44,106 bases of DNA from Nemertoderma westbladi. Lineage: Eukaryota; Animalia; Xenacoelomorpha. This document shows, piece after piece, positions 9,781 to 21,924 of the stretch. The number at the start of each line of letters is the position of its first letter. The first letter of the stretch is position 1. Position numbers and translations under genes: made by a program. The notes under the pieces were generated by a model. The model searched no databases. It had not been told where the DNA came from and saw only the letters and a program-made list of their open reading frames with translations. The stretch lies in assembly GCA_032718475.1 (NCBI GenBank), contig JAUCBJ010002605.1:1-44106 (forward strand), written 5' to 3'.

Positions 9781-11249
9781 TAACCTACTTTGCATTATGA
9801 ATATGTGCCGCCCAGTGAAAAATGCTTAATTAAAAGAGGCTATGCAATAATTGGACTACGTAATATACGATCCAAGTTATTTAAAATAGTATATTCTTAA
9901 CATTAATTAATTAAATAATAAATTTATTATCAATAGTTAAATTTCATTAATTAAGAATTGAAATTACAGTATTGATATATCTTTCTCTTGTGAAGTGGAA
10001 CGGGTACATTATAGTCATTTATGAGTGGATGCAAGGCAGAGATGCACCCTGGTTAGTGGCTAGACCCTTTAACCCAGCAGCGCCCAACGTCTACATTTGT
10101 AACCCCATAATGGACTGTTTTCAAATCAATGCTGTAGTTACCTAATATATCCTATAACTATTATAATGCTATAATATGATTAATTAAAGGTGCATCTATA
10201 TGACTGACACTTAAAAAACAGTAAATTTTAAAAATTTGCATTTCTAAATTGACTCTAAAAATCGGAAATATATTTTTTCAGACATCGATTGGCATTACTT
10301 CATTCTATGTAACTATATGGTTATAGACAACAGGGATTGTGGCATATTTTTATTGTCAGATAATGGGAGATTTAATAAAACAATAAAATATCATGTAGTC
10401 TGCCCTCTTTAGTCTAGCAAATTCAACTTATTTACAGAAGACTACATTTGTAGTGCTTGGGCACTACATAGTGATTGATACTTTTAGACACAATCTGTAT
10501 GTGATACCAGCTGACCAGAGGTACCGGTACCCAGAATATTACTACAGTACGGCCTGACAGTACTGCAGTAGGTACTACACCTTCCACTGTCAGACTGTAC
10601 CACTTTCCTAATGCAGGAGTTACTGGTACCTGTACAGCAGTAACAATACAGCAATAGGCTACACTAGCCCGCTAGCATTCCAAGGCATTAGAATGATTGA
10701 TTGTGCCTGTCTCAAAGTCTGGAAATTTCTGAATGCAGTTCAAAACTTTTGAACACAGGAATTTTTGTAAATAAAATATAATTGCTGCTTCTAACAGCAG
10801 AACAGTCTGAACTATTTTAAATACCACTGAACCATTGCCCTGTACTCTGGGCTACAACTGTACTCCCTTCACCCAAGTCTAAACACTACATGCACACATG
10901 CACATGCCCACTTAAGATTGTTGCTGTGATTGTGACGCTCACCACATGGTGCATTGGCAGATTGGCCTGGAATCTACTCCACTTCACCCAACACCTACTA
11001 ATAAACTTGCAGATCAGCTAGGACTATGGATTCCTATGCCGACTCTGTCGCTGATCGCTACATTCCTTTCGACGGCTTTAACAGGTCACTGGCTGACTGG
11101 TGGATGTCAACGAAATGCAAACCAAACATCAACCCACCCCCCAGTTCAGCAGTTGACGTTGTGGAAGAAGAGCCCCTGCCAGCCCGCAACTCGATCAAGT
11201 TGAACTTGAAGCCTACAGTCAGACAGTCTCAGCGGCAGTGCTGCTAGTA

Positions 11250-12050
11250 TCAGCAGAACCAGAAGTAACCAATACCAGTACAGACTTTCTCAAATAAAAC
11301 CGGACGACAGCAAAATCCCGCGTAACACGACTCAAAAACCATAAGTATGCAACCACATTGAAGGACAGGGCAGCTGCAGTACCTACGCTAAAGCTGCTAC
11401 TAGAAGACCTAACCGACGTCATTCTGGAGTGCGCCGCCATCGATACACATGAAAACTCTCCAAACAGTCGGTCAGTCAGCCACTCAGAGAACATGGCGAC
11501 GTGGATCTCCTCAGTGTGCAATGCAGCTAATGCATGCCGCTGCAGCACTGCTGCGCAAACCTACCTATACACCCGTTCCGGTACACAGTCCATTGTCTCG
11601 GGTGCGAGTTCTCGAATGGCTGCCCGATTGGCCCGTCAAGAACTCGAAGCCAACCTCGAACTCGAACATTTTGACAAAACTCAATCATCACACGATCGTG
11701 AAGGCGAACTGGCCACATTTGCCGCTCGGCAGGCTGCTGACCAAGCTGCCCAAAACCTAAAACTCCCGTCTGAGTGCCGTAAAATGACGCTATGAAACTA
11801 TCAAAGAACTTGAACTGAGAGTGGAGCGTTCCAGTCTCGCTTCTCGCTCTACTCCCGATCAGGAGAACGAGGACAGCACGTCCAACATTGGAGTGAATCC
11901 CGATGTTCCTGAGCCTACACAAGCCAGCCTCCCTGCGGCCCCAGCTGCCCCCTCCATGGTATCAGTTGGCCCCCCGTGGGCTCCCCCGGCTGCCCCGCTC
12001 GCAGTCGCATTGACAACTGGAAACCCGTTATTCCTACCCCCTTCCAGTTA
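11250..12050 (+). pseudogene. Degraded retroelement-like coding relic (possibly BEL gag N-terminus)
   Basis: GC-richer island; broken frames with TRSGTQSIVSGASSRMAARLARQELEANLELE, resembling the Ser-rich/coiled-coil start of BEL Gag; no catalytic motif. Confidence 0.3.
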
Positions 12051-12471
12051 GGTAACCTTGGCTCCTGTGAACCTGTTGCTGTCCTCCTTCGGGACTCTAT
12101 TTTCTCTCACCTACCTGCCCATTCCGCGCTCTCTCAGCAGCGTGAACTCGCCGGAGTTCTTTTCGACTTCAGCGCTCGGCTTCACATCGATAACTGCCGC
12201 TTCCAATTGTCCAATAGCCACTCCTTGAGAAACTGCCCCTGTTTAGCGTCCCCAGCCGGGCCGACACCGAGAGTTCCCGGCTTCCCCCTGGATCCTTACT
12301 ATCCTTACAATTGCTATTTGAAGTAATGGACACGGGGGGGGGGGGGGGGGGTGGACACTACAAATACTATATTATCTTGAAATTTTTAACTCAATTTTAG
12401 ATTAAAAACTTTTTTAAACATTTGCTTTTGTGTATACTCAATTCTACACCCACCAAAGTAGTTAATAACTA

Positions 12472-12611
12472 TAATTATTTACCTGTTATTTTGTTGTTTT
12501 TCCGGTTGTTTTAACCCAAGGAGTAGGAACTAGCCGAGGCGCAGCCGAGGCTTTCCTACTCCGAGGGTTTAAAACAACCGGAAAAACAACAAAATAACAG
12601 GTAAATAATTA
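12472..12611. repeat. 140-bp palindrome with 43-bp perfect outer arms
   Basis: taattatttacctgttattttgttgtttttccggttgttttaa and its exact reverse complement; inner stem ggagtaggaa/ttcctactcc; core gccgaggcgcagccgaggc. Confidence 0.95.
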
Positions 12612-13542
12612 AGTTGTTACATAACCTATTGAATTAAATATTTACTAATTACACAACTATTTTATAATAATTGCATTATTATAAACTTTTCAAGGTTGAT
12701 TATTATAATATTAAACAATGTATAAATTATTTCAAACAAAATTTTTCTAATATAAAACTGCACCACTGTTGGCTGTGCCCATGCCCAATACTATAACATT
12801 TCTAAAAGGGCATAGTTTTGGGGAGAGGATATAAAAAAGGGGCATGGTATTTTTGGGGGAAAAATAAAAACAAATAATATTATTTATTTTTACCGATTTA
12901 GGTGAGTGGCTTGGAAACATGCAATATGAAATTCAGAAAGAAAAACTGAACTTAGTAATAATTTCATAATTATTAGTAAACTTTTACTGACCGCTGGCTT
13001 CGTTTGACCTCTTTTCAGAGGTCCATGCTTTTCAAAAGGCCAGTCCACCGGGGAGTACAGTTTACATCCGCAAAAGTGATAAAAACTATATTCTCCAAAA
13101 CTACCGCACTACCGGTACGAATTTTACCTAATCTCGAAAGCTTTAATCCGATCTCAAATCCTGTCTTATTTCAAATTATTTAATTCGTCCATTTTAAGTT
13201 GCTTCCACGAATGCCGATTATTTAAATTGTAATATTTTAACATGACCAACCTTTTAAAATTTCTTTATGTAGTAGTGACACTCACCCTCATTTGAATCTT
13301 ATCATATTTATTATAACAGTAAATTGACAAGATTAGTTCCATAGTTACTATTTGAATCAATCGATTAGAGAACCCCCCCCCCCCCCCCTGCCCCTACAGT
13401 ATTTATCTCCCCGGTAGTTAGCGTTTCTAGCCTTGCTATTACCTGTCCAAAGTCCAACCCAGGGCTCCCACCGGTGCTCAACAAAATAAAAACACAGCGA
13501 GGTCGAAATAACGCAATGTATAGCCCTGGCCAACCAAACTTA

Positions 13543-14170
13543 GGCATCGGTACACCTTGTGCACACCCCCCTCAATTTCTTTACTAGCTATGTTTAAGCA
13601 GGTTTTTGCCTTTATTAATGTTCTAGAAATTATTAATGTTCTAGAAAATATATTGAAAATATATATATTTCAAAGAAAATATATTGAATTATTATGATAG
13701 CTAGTATATTTTTAACTAGCTAGTGTTTTTGTAAAAATAGGTAAAAACTTTCAGATTTTTTATATGAAATAATGTTCCAGAACGCAATCTACATTGTGGA
13801 GAAATTTATTTTTTTCATGGTAGCTAGTATTTTTTTAAATAGTAGCTATTTTGTAAAAATAGATTAAAATAAATTTTATTATTATCCTCTCTGTTGCAAT
13901 ATATTAACAGTATTCGAGAATACTAGCTACTTTGATCTTAATTTTACTTTTTTGCCAATTTCTGCAGCATATAAGGCCTATCATCGACTAGGAAATATTA
14001 AAAAAGAAATTTTTGAAACACTAGCTAGTCCAAAAGTACTAGCTACCACAGAATGTCAAATATACTTTTTGTATGTCAATTATGTTCTAGAGCATAATTC
14101 AACAAAATATTGTTTTAAAAGATAGCTATTAAAAAAATTGTGGGGGGTGTGCACAAGGTGTACCGATGCC
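13543..14170. mobile_element. MITE, Merlin-like (GG termini, 8-bp TSD)
   Basis: 29-bp perfect TIR ggcatcggtacaccttgtgcacacccccc; TSD caaactta at 13535-13542 and 14171-14178; internal tagctagt motifs. Confidence 0.88.
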
Positions 14171-14478
14171 CAAACTTATTCTTTCACTCCGTGACACTAA
14201 ACCCTTGATTACATATAAAAATTTAATTGTGGTAATAAGATATTTATATTTGCAAAAAATTACCAAGAAAGGCAACATAACGCCGAAACTTACACGCTAA
14301 TTTAAAATTTACTTTAAAATAAGTTTACTTATTTTACTATATTTTCTTGCGGGGTTTACTTTAAAAGTTTTTGAAATTAATTTCCTTTTAAAATTAACTT
14401 ATTTTTTCATTTAAAATTAAAATTTACAATTTGCAATTTCTGTACAATTCAAGTTCCATTTAGCAACGTTAGTCTCTT

Positions 14479-15876
14479 TTAATCATCATTTTTTTTATTC
14501 ATGTATACAGTGACATTCCCGAATATCTTCGAATCCTTAAACACTGCCCGGATGCTATCTGTCTCACTCTCCACACTATTGCTGATGAAAGTCGATGAAA
14601 CCGATCCTGATTCCGATCCCAAGCTCGTAGATGGTGTAACATCACTAGTTGCCGATGATCCCGACATGTAAAGGCTCAACTGACGACTCATTTCAAATTT
14701 CTTTGAAGTAGATGGTCGAAGATAGGAAGTCGTTGTGGATAGATTTTTGTGCCCTAGCTGTTTCTGTGCTAGGTTAACTGGTTGGCCACCATCAACCAAT
14801 GCTTGGGCTGCCGTTTTACGACAGCTAATAGGGGTAAGCTTCTTTCCTCCTTGTAACCCAGCTTTCGTTATTAGATTCCTAAACATTTTAGCGAATTGAT
14901 GCTTTCCTACCGGTTGATCACAAAACCATTTTTCATTTGGCTTTGTGTTATGCTTTGGGCGTATGAAATATGGCTGCATACCATCTACCTTTCCATCGGG
15001 GAAACGTTTCATCATGTAGAAATCATGAAGTGTAACTGCACACAGACTTCGATCCGCTTTATACTCATAAACACTTGGTGAAAATTCCCTGGGAGCCGAA
15101 TCGCCGTGTCGCGTCTTTGTACTACGTTCCTTTAGTTTTAGGTAGTATACACCTTCTTCAGTGTTATAGTGCTTTGTTATATCGCCTACAAGTATTTTTC
15201 GCATCTCCTCGCCTGGACGAGCTCCAAACTGGGTTGTAAGTACGATATACAACGTTTCGAGTAGCATTTTTGGATTCTCCATACCAAGAAGCCCCTTTTC
15301 CCTCATAGCCTTGAAATCGCCTTCCTCCATCGGGTTACTGGCTCTTTCAAGATTTCCCTTACCAGCACTTTTCGTTTCCGCTAATCTAGTTTTTAGGATG
15401 TCTCTACTAAGACGAAACTCAGGAAGTTCTAGCGCATTTCCTAACCCTAGATCTTTCAATTTGCGAAGGACTCCATAAAAATAGCTGCGCAAAGTCGTCG
15501 TTTCAACTTTTTCTCCCGTTTTTTTCTTATACTTACGGATAAATCCGTTGAAATGTTTTGCTAATTCCCCTCTTTTTGATTCCTCGCTCAGTTCTTCGAT
15601 TGTTTCGCTGACATTGTTTATGTCGAGATATTTTCGAAATGCTGCGACAGCAACAGTGGTAGAATCAGCGGTATGGACGTTTCTGTTCGTTAATATGTAC
15701 TCGTCATCAGTTTTGTCGTTTTGCGATAATCGAAGAGATGACTCATCCCTGAATCGTTTAGCTGGTGGTATAGGTTCATCATTTCCCAATGTGGAATCCA
15801 CAGAAATTAAATGATCATTATTGGCGTAGAAGAGATTTTCTAAACACACCAGATCAGCTAAATCTAAGTCATCCAT
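14479..15876 (-). CDS. Crypton/DUF3504-type tyrosine recombinase
   Basis: Intact ORF (first ATG 15876; frame open to 15915): TLRSYFYGVLRKL, FGARPGEE (catalytic R), ERSTKTR (K), QPVGKH, LTPISCRKT (HxxR box with H>I), LGHKNLSTTTSY (H, Y). Confidence 0.88.
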   Translation of the reverse strand: MDDLDLADLVCLENLFYANNDHLISVDSTLGNDEPIPPAKRFRDESSLRLSQNDKTDDEYILTNRNVHTADSTTVAVAAFRKYLDINNVSETIEELSEESKRGELAKHFNGFIRKYKKKTGEKVETTTLRSYFYGVLRKLKDLGLGNALELPEFRLSRDILKTRLAETKSAGKGNLERASNPMEEGDFKAMREKGLLGMENPKMLLETLYIVLTTQFGARPGEEMRKILVGDITKHYNTEEGVYYLKLKERSTKTRHGDSAPREFSPSVYEYKADRSLCAVTLHDFYMMKRFPDGKVDGMQPYFIRPKHNTKPNEKWFCDQPVGKHQFAKMFRNLITKAGLQGGKKLTPISCRKTAAQALVDGGQPVNLAQKQLGHKNLSTTTSYLRPSTSKKFEMSRQLSLYMSGSSATSDVTPSTSLGSESGSVSSTFISNSVESETDSIRAVFKDSKIFGNVTVYMNKKNDD

Positions 15877-16013
15877 GTCTAATCGGTTATACTGCAGTAC
15901 TGGTTTGCAATACAATAGACCACAGCTAAAATATTTAGGTAAACAGAATGTGAAATCTATGTACCGTTACTCGCACCTACTAATTTAAATGTAACCTACC
16001 ATTTTTTGCTCTC

Positions 16014-16250
16014 GTCAAACCTCAAACAGAAAGTAAAATCCTAAATAAGTACAGAAATGTACCGTGGTAGGCTACCGGGAAGATGCCTACCGTGTTACGC
16101 TGCACAAACTAAAATCGTCAAAGAGAAAGTGAAATCAAAATGCAGAAGCTACCGGTAGGTACCGGACGGCCAGTATGTTCTCTAAACTCAAATCGTCAAA
16201 CAGAAAGTAAACACCCAAAATAAAAAGCAGAATGTACCGTTGTAGCGCCT
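16014..16250. repeat. Three degenerate ~80-95-bp direct repeats upstream of the YR gene
   Basis: tcaaa(c/g)agaaagt(a/g)aa...cagaa..taccg recurs at ~16022, ~16118 and ~16196. Confidence 0.6.
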
Positions 16251-16329
16251 ACAGGTTGCAGTTTCCAATCAGTCAGTTTGCAACCAGTAGTGTAGGTTAT
16301 CAATTAATTCACTTCGGCCTACACCCCTT

Positions 16330-16390
16330 GGAAAATTAACTATTTAAAATCCTCGGCCTTTGGCCTCGGATTTTAAACAGTTAATTTTCC
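16330..16390. repeat. Palindrome with 23-bp arms (22/23 match)
   Basis: ggaaaattaactatttaaaatcc / ggattttaaacagttaattttcc; core cctcggcctttggcctcgg. Confidence 0.92.
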
Positions 16391-16574
16391 GCGGGATTCG
16401 GCCTCAGCAACACCAGTTGGTTTGCGGAAAAATAACAAAACAAAATAGCGGACAAAAATAACAACCCTACAGACCAACATTAGTTCGGTGTTATTTTTTC
16501 CGGGATTTGTTGTGTAACAACATCCTTTATATTATCCTTTATAAACAAATTGGTGTTATTTTTATGAATATATA

Positions 16575-18393
16575 CAGTCGGGGTCTCAAAGTGCATCTGT
16601 TCTTTGAGATTTTCTCAAAGTTTTTCTAAAAGTGTCTAAAAGTCATTACATTACTCCCAACGGCCGCTTTGAATTCTTGTAGACACTTTTAGTTGGGAAT
16701 CTCAAAGTGATTTCCTGCTTTTAGGCACTTTGAATTCTTTGAATTCTTTGAGAAATGTCACTTTGAGGTAGTTTGCGGCACTTTTAATTCTTTGAGAAAA
16801 TAAACTCCGAGGTATTCCTGATTGACAGCTCGTGGTATGTTAACTGAGAGGCAGAGGCATTCTCGGGGAACAATATTATGCGGGCAACAAAGTGATACTT
16901 GTGTGCTGGCCAGTTGTTGCATAGAAGCTATATTCCCATTAATTTATCAAATTGAGGTTCCTGAGGTCATTACGGGATGGGTTTTCGGTCGCAAGTACAA
17001 ATTGAATTTACGGCACCCTAAAAAACATTCATTCAAATAATACATGAAACATAATTAGTAAAACAAGATTAATGCTTGACAAGATTGATTATTTTAATAA
17101 CATAATACAATATCAGATTAACAATTAATATAAGAGAAACTGCACTGTAGTATCTCTGTGTATACGCCGTTTCATTATAATGACCTAAAGAAGCCCTGTT
17201 GGGAGAAAGCTTGTAATAACATTTGTTATTCATTTCATTAGTCACCTCAGGTCAAACCGACTACTTTAACTGTTTAATATGATAACTACGGTGACGAGAG
17301 CTCGAGAATTCCTTCTTAAAAACTAAGAAAGGCTTTCGACTTTCAAGTACGATAGAACGGCTACAATCTTGTGTTGTTTTTGCTTAATAGAGATATTAAA
17401 ATATCCCCTGCCGCTGGCGTTTATGTTTGAGCATATTTTAAATGTTTGCCTCATATTCAATTGATGTGTACTGCCTTCTGGCAAAACGGCACCCAGTTTA
17501 AGCTATCAATCACAGCTAGGGAGTAGCGACCCACGGACGGCGACCTTCAAACAAACAGGTGCAGAGTCGGAAAGAACTGTCACATGCTTTGCTTGGCTTG
17601 TGGTACCATTTGATTACATAATAGATTTTGGCAGAATGGGCGGTCGCTCTCACCATATGCATTGCGCACCAACAATGCCTAAAACATCTATGGGAACAGC
17701 CAATTAGTGCGCTTGAATCATTTATCTTTATTCCTGCCTCTTATCGTTATTCTTTACTTTGTATAACACAATTTACAGTGCGGCAAAGTATAGCTGGTTG
17801 ACCATTGAAATGCATTGGTAAAGGTATTCGGCGTTCACGTGGGCTAAACAAATTTAAACAGTACAGTTTTAGCACTATACATTAATATAGATAGGGCAAC
17901 AGACAAACTGTCTATGACACAAATGCCAACACATTCCGATAGCCCGCAATTATGGCGTCTCTAAAGAGTCCAAATATAAATTAATTAAATCCTCTATGAA
18001 ACAATAAAAATACCTACAAAAAATACTGCTGTATTAAATATTAGTTACTGCAGTAACATATAACAATTACTGCAGTAACAAATTATTTGTTACTGCAGAA
18101 AAAGACAAATTTTTATTACTTTCAGTAACAAATATTTATTACTGCAGTATTTTTTGGAGGTATCTTTATTGTTTCATAGAGGTTTTTATTACTTATATTT
18201 TACCCTATAGTCAAAGTCAATATACCCCATACCATAGCCAGATTCAGGCAGGACTGTATGAAATGACTGACAGTACTACTTTGAAATCTTTGAGGACACT
18301 TTGTCATTTTCTTGGACCACTTTTAGAAATTTGAGACACTTTTAGTTCTTTGAGAAAATCTCAAAGAACAGATGCACTTTGAGACCCCGACTG
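16575..18393. mobile_element. Tc1/mariner-type non-autonomous element
   Basis: 46-bp perfect TIR cagtcggggtctcaaagtgcatctgttctttgagattttctcaaag; TA on both flanks; no coding capacity. Confidence 0.9.
17961..18210. repeat. ~250-bp imperfect foldback (small MITE-like hairpin)
   Basis: cctctatgaaacaataaa (17991) pairs with tttattgtttcatagagg (ends 18182); internal ttactgcagtaa palindromes. Confidence 0.8.
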
Positions 18394-18574
18394 TAAATAC
18401 CTCCATAGCGCCCAAGTACTACATTTGTACCCTACCTAATAAATCGAGATTGGTTAAAGTTTTGATACTGGTATTGAAACTATGTTTAAGTTAGACCATT
18501 TGGACTTAGTTCTGAAAATATGAATAAATTACCTCGAGTTTTTAGATGTCTGGGTTTTGCTGGGTTAAATTATT

Positions 18575-18685
18575 TGTGACGAAACCAAAACTACCCTGCA
18601 CCCCAATGAGGGATCGAACCCAAGACCTCCGATGAGAATTAAAGGCAAAGGATTTAGCCACCAAGCCACTACACCAAGGTGTAGC
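18575..18685 (-). mobile_element. tRNA-derived SINE relic
   Basis: Minus strand carries a Pol III A-box-like tggcttggtgg and B-box gggttcgatccc; no complete cloverleaf. Confidence 0.55.
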
Positions 18686-19790
18686 AACTACACAGTGGCA
18701 CTTTATTGTGTCCGTGAAAGGTTTCAACGCGTCGAGTAATCTGATTTCCATTTCGAATATAAACAGAGATCGCTTTGCACTTTCGGAGAGTTGTCATTAT
18801 CATACTGTAGTACGAGAAGTGGACCCTCTTAGATACAAAGTGCAACCTTAAGAAAGGTTTCCCATTGCCATAATAACTATGTTTTTATTAATCAGGGTAT
18901 TTATTTAAATTTAGCCTGTGCGTTTTTAATATTCTTATAGCAACGAATCAATCAAACCTGAATCTCACTAATTCGATTCTAAAATTGTCCTTTACGTGGA
19001 TCAAGTTATATCTACATGCAGGTTGACAAAGCACAATTCCTTAGATTTCCTTAGAGGTTTTATACAGTTTCCGTAGCAACAAATTTAATCATTATTGAGT
19101 ACTGCCTGTTAGCGTTAGAATATGTAGTACGAAAAAATTCATCCGCGTGAAATATCGATTTATATTTTTTGTAATTAAACAACAATAAATTCCCTATAAA
19201 TATTTTTGATTTTCATCTCACATCTCCATACAGTATAACATGGGTTCGCGAACCACATTTAAAGTTACAGAAAATGTAGGACGAAATATTCATCCGCATG
19301 ATATGTCGATTTATAATACCGGTAATTACCAGAACTGTATGCGTTTATACTGTATATTAATATACTAGTTAAACATAGGTATTCAACCGGTAGGCCTCCG
19401 GTACCGGTACTTTTATAATATTCAATTAAGTTTATTTCTGTTAGTCAGGTACCCGTAGTTCTAATTGTTTTTGACCAAAACTAGTCAATAGTAGGCCTAC
19501 AGGTCTAACAGTGCGTAATAGGCAATAAACTGAATGGCCGTGGGCCTAGGCTTCAATCAAACTGCAGACATATGGAAACTGAAAGTAATTTAAGTAGCCC
19601 TTCTCATCAACATTATTCATTCGTAACATCATTCAGGATATCCTACAGTATGTATTAGGCCTAGCTGTACCGGTAACATAGAAAACTAAATGCAGATTTA
19701 TGCATTATGCAAAAGAAAACTGAAATTCATTTAAGTAGTAATTCACTCTCTGACTGTCCGATCAGTCATTAACAGATTCATGATATTATA

Positions 19791-20240
19791 GGCACTAGTG
19801 TAGCCCGTGTCACCATTATTAAGCTTTTTTTAATAGCTGTTTTGGACTGGTTTTGGTTAGGCCTATTGATTTATGTTCTGGAACATATTGTGGACTCATT
19901 ACATGTTAAATTTTTGTGGTAGCTAGTGTTTTTGATGGTAGGTAGTGTTTTTATATAGTAGCTAATTTTTAAAAAAAAATCAAAAAAAATCGTACCGTAG
20001 GCCTGTTTTCTAGAACTCTATAGTGTTTAAATATTTAGCTAATATTATGAGTCACACTTTTGAAAGACATTCACATATTTCAGAAATATCCGAAATATCG
20101 CAATCCGAGGAAAATGCAATTTGGCAATCGTACCTATAGCTTGGGTGACCATTTTTCAAATTTTAAAAATACTGTAATACTTTTTATTTTGCCAGTGACA
20201 AAGGCAGAATAAGGGTGACGGCGATATACACTTTAGTGCC
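19791..20240. mobile_element. Degenerate MITE related to the Merlin-like family
   Basis: Imperfect TIRs ggcactagtgta..gtcaccattatt / aataagggtgac..tacactttagtgcc; same tagctagt and ttctagaa internal motifs as 13543-14170; TSD unclear. Confidence 0.5.
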
Positions 20241-20553
20241 CATGATAGGCTATATGATTCGGTAGGCCTTTTAATTAGTTAGTTACATAGGTAAGGTCTA
20301 AATATTTTTTGTATTTGTTATACAAGGGAAACATTCTACAATATAACGGTAGGCTTGCTGTAAGTTATTTATGTTTATTACCGGTATCCGGTAGACTGTA
20401 TTTACCGTACAGTACAATTGTATCTTAACTAATTATATTTTAATAGGCTTTTGAATAAGTTTACATTGGCTATCTTTTGATATATTGTATTATTTTGTAT
20501 TATTTTATATTATTTTTACATTCATATTTTGTATTCTAACCCGAACGATCAAT

Positions 20554-20644
20554 ATGCCACAAAAGAGAAAGCGTACTTGTGGTAATTGTGGTGACGCGTC
20601 TCACAATAAACGGACGTGCCCATTGAGGGAATTAGAAGGTGGAG
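20554..20644 (+). CDS. Short ATG-initiated exon encoding a CCHC zinc knuckle
   Basis: Translates MPQKRKRTCGNCGDASHNKRTCPLRELEGG, then a consensus donor AG|GTAAGT; below the ORF-track cutoff. Confidence 0.5.
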
Positions 20645-20934
20645 GTAAGTTGTGTTGAAGTGGTTTTGATGAACACATTACCAGGTATCATATTTTAATA
20701 AATACAGTAGGCAGAAATAATACGATGATGCTGGCCGTACAGTACCTGAGAAGAACTACAGTATAATTTCAGCAATGGATTTCTTGTTAAAAGGCACACT
20801 TGTTAAAAATTTTTGGGTGGGTGTGGTTAATTAGACATGCTTAGGTGGGTGGGTGCGGTTAAGTAGACGTGCTTGGGTGAGTGCGGTTAAGTAGACGTGC
20901 TTGGGAGGGTGGGTGGGTGGGTGCGGTTAAGTAG

Positions 20935-21903
20935 GTATGCTTAGGTGGGTGGGTGGGTACGTGTAAGTAAGTATGTAATATAGGTATGTATGGTTAAGTA
21001 CAGTAGGTGTGTAATGATAGGATAATATGAGTTTAGCAACTATTCAGTAGTATTACCACTTCTCAATAAGGTAGACAGCTGTATGTTTACAGTATAGAAC
21101 GGTCGTAAAAGCGCATTTGAAACAAATTAGGAGAGCCGTAATGATAGTCTACCGGAGAATTGGAACAATGATGGGCTACGGAGCTCAAAAAATTGGAACA
21201 ATGTTAAGTATGCCAGTGAAACAAATTTGAAACAAATTAGGAGAGCCGTAATGATAGCCTACCGGAAGAATTGGAACAATGATGGGCTACGGAGCTGCCT
21301 GGGTTGTTTGGCTGAACCAGTGGTGGCACGGATGAGGGGGTAAGAAAAGGGGGAAGGATCTAAAAATAGCACCCAATAGGAAGCTTCTAACTTCTTGCAT
21401 TGCTACGGCTACCGGTACCTTGCTTGGCCTCTAGGCTGGCTCTGGCATAACCCTTATTTTCGTATGCGGATAAAGGTAATGTTTTAAAGATCTGGTGTGT
21501 AAAACGCGTTTTTGTGCAGTGATGTTTACGATATTATAATTAAACTAACTGCACTCTCACATTTATTTAATAATATATGGTAAAAAAAGCAACCAACCTA
21601 TCAATTACAATAATTTACAATAGTTATCGAATGTTCTAGGATGTAAATACTTAGCATTATTTTATAGGAAACGATTATAAAAAAAGGTTCTTGTAAAAAA
21701 GGTTTTGGCGAAAACTGTCCCTGCTTTCCGTTTTTGCAAATTTCTGGTACGGCATGATTGCTCCAAGAATGTTTGCCGTGGAGTCTGAATAAGGTAGAAA
21801 AGGTAGGGGTGGGTGTGTTTGTTAAGTTCGGGTGGTCGGTGCGGGTAAATAGGATGTGAGAGGGATGGAGGGAGGGTGGGTAGGGGTAGGTGAGTGCGGG
21901 TAA
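20935..21903 (+). repeat. Copy A of a locally duplicated ~1-kb unit
   Basis: Colinear with 24150-24386 + 26374-27033 + 27786-28026 (copy B, interrupted by insertions). Confidence 0.85.
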
Positions 21904-21924
21904 TTAGGTGTGTAGGGGTAGGGG

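Larger units (their letters stand above)
12472..16530 (-). mobile_element. Crypton-like tyrosine-recombinase DNA transposon (boundaries approximate)
   Basis: YR gene bracketed by two palindromes with CCGAGG-N-CCGAGG cores in opposite orientation; 13-bp inverted repeat gttgttacataac (12613-12625) / gttgtgtaacaac (16509-16521). Confidence 0.65.
10073..18564. mobile_element. piggyBac-like non-autonomous shell with nested insertions
   Basis: TTAA|CCCAGCA...TGCTGGG|TTAA (TTAA at 10069-10072 and 18565-18568); imperfect ~21-bp TIRs; inverted subterminal repeats at ~10443-10466 and ~18406-18429; no transposase seen. Confidence 0.65.

Noticed and set aside
14479-15915. Phage/integron integrase from bacterial contamination
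   Set aside because: Motifs fit the eukaryotic Crypton/DUF3504 type and the flanks are eukaryotic MITEs and SINEs.
12607-16527. Crypton 6-bp terminal direct repeats
   Set aside because: Hexamers outside the inverted repeats (attaag versus catcct) do not match, so exact ends are not claimed.
18590-18680. Functional tRNA gene (also 35665-35745)
   Set aside because: A/B boxes are present but there is no consistent cloverleaf; better explained as SINE heads.
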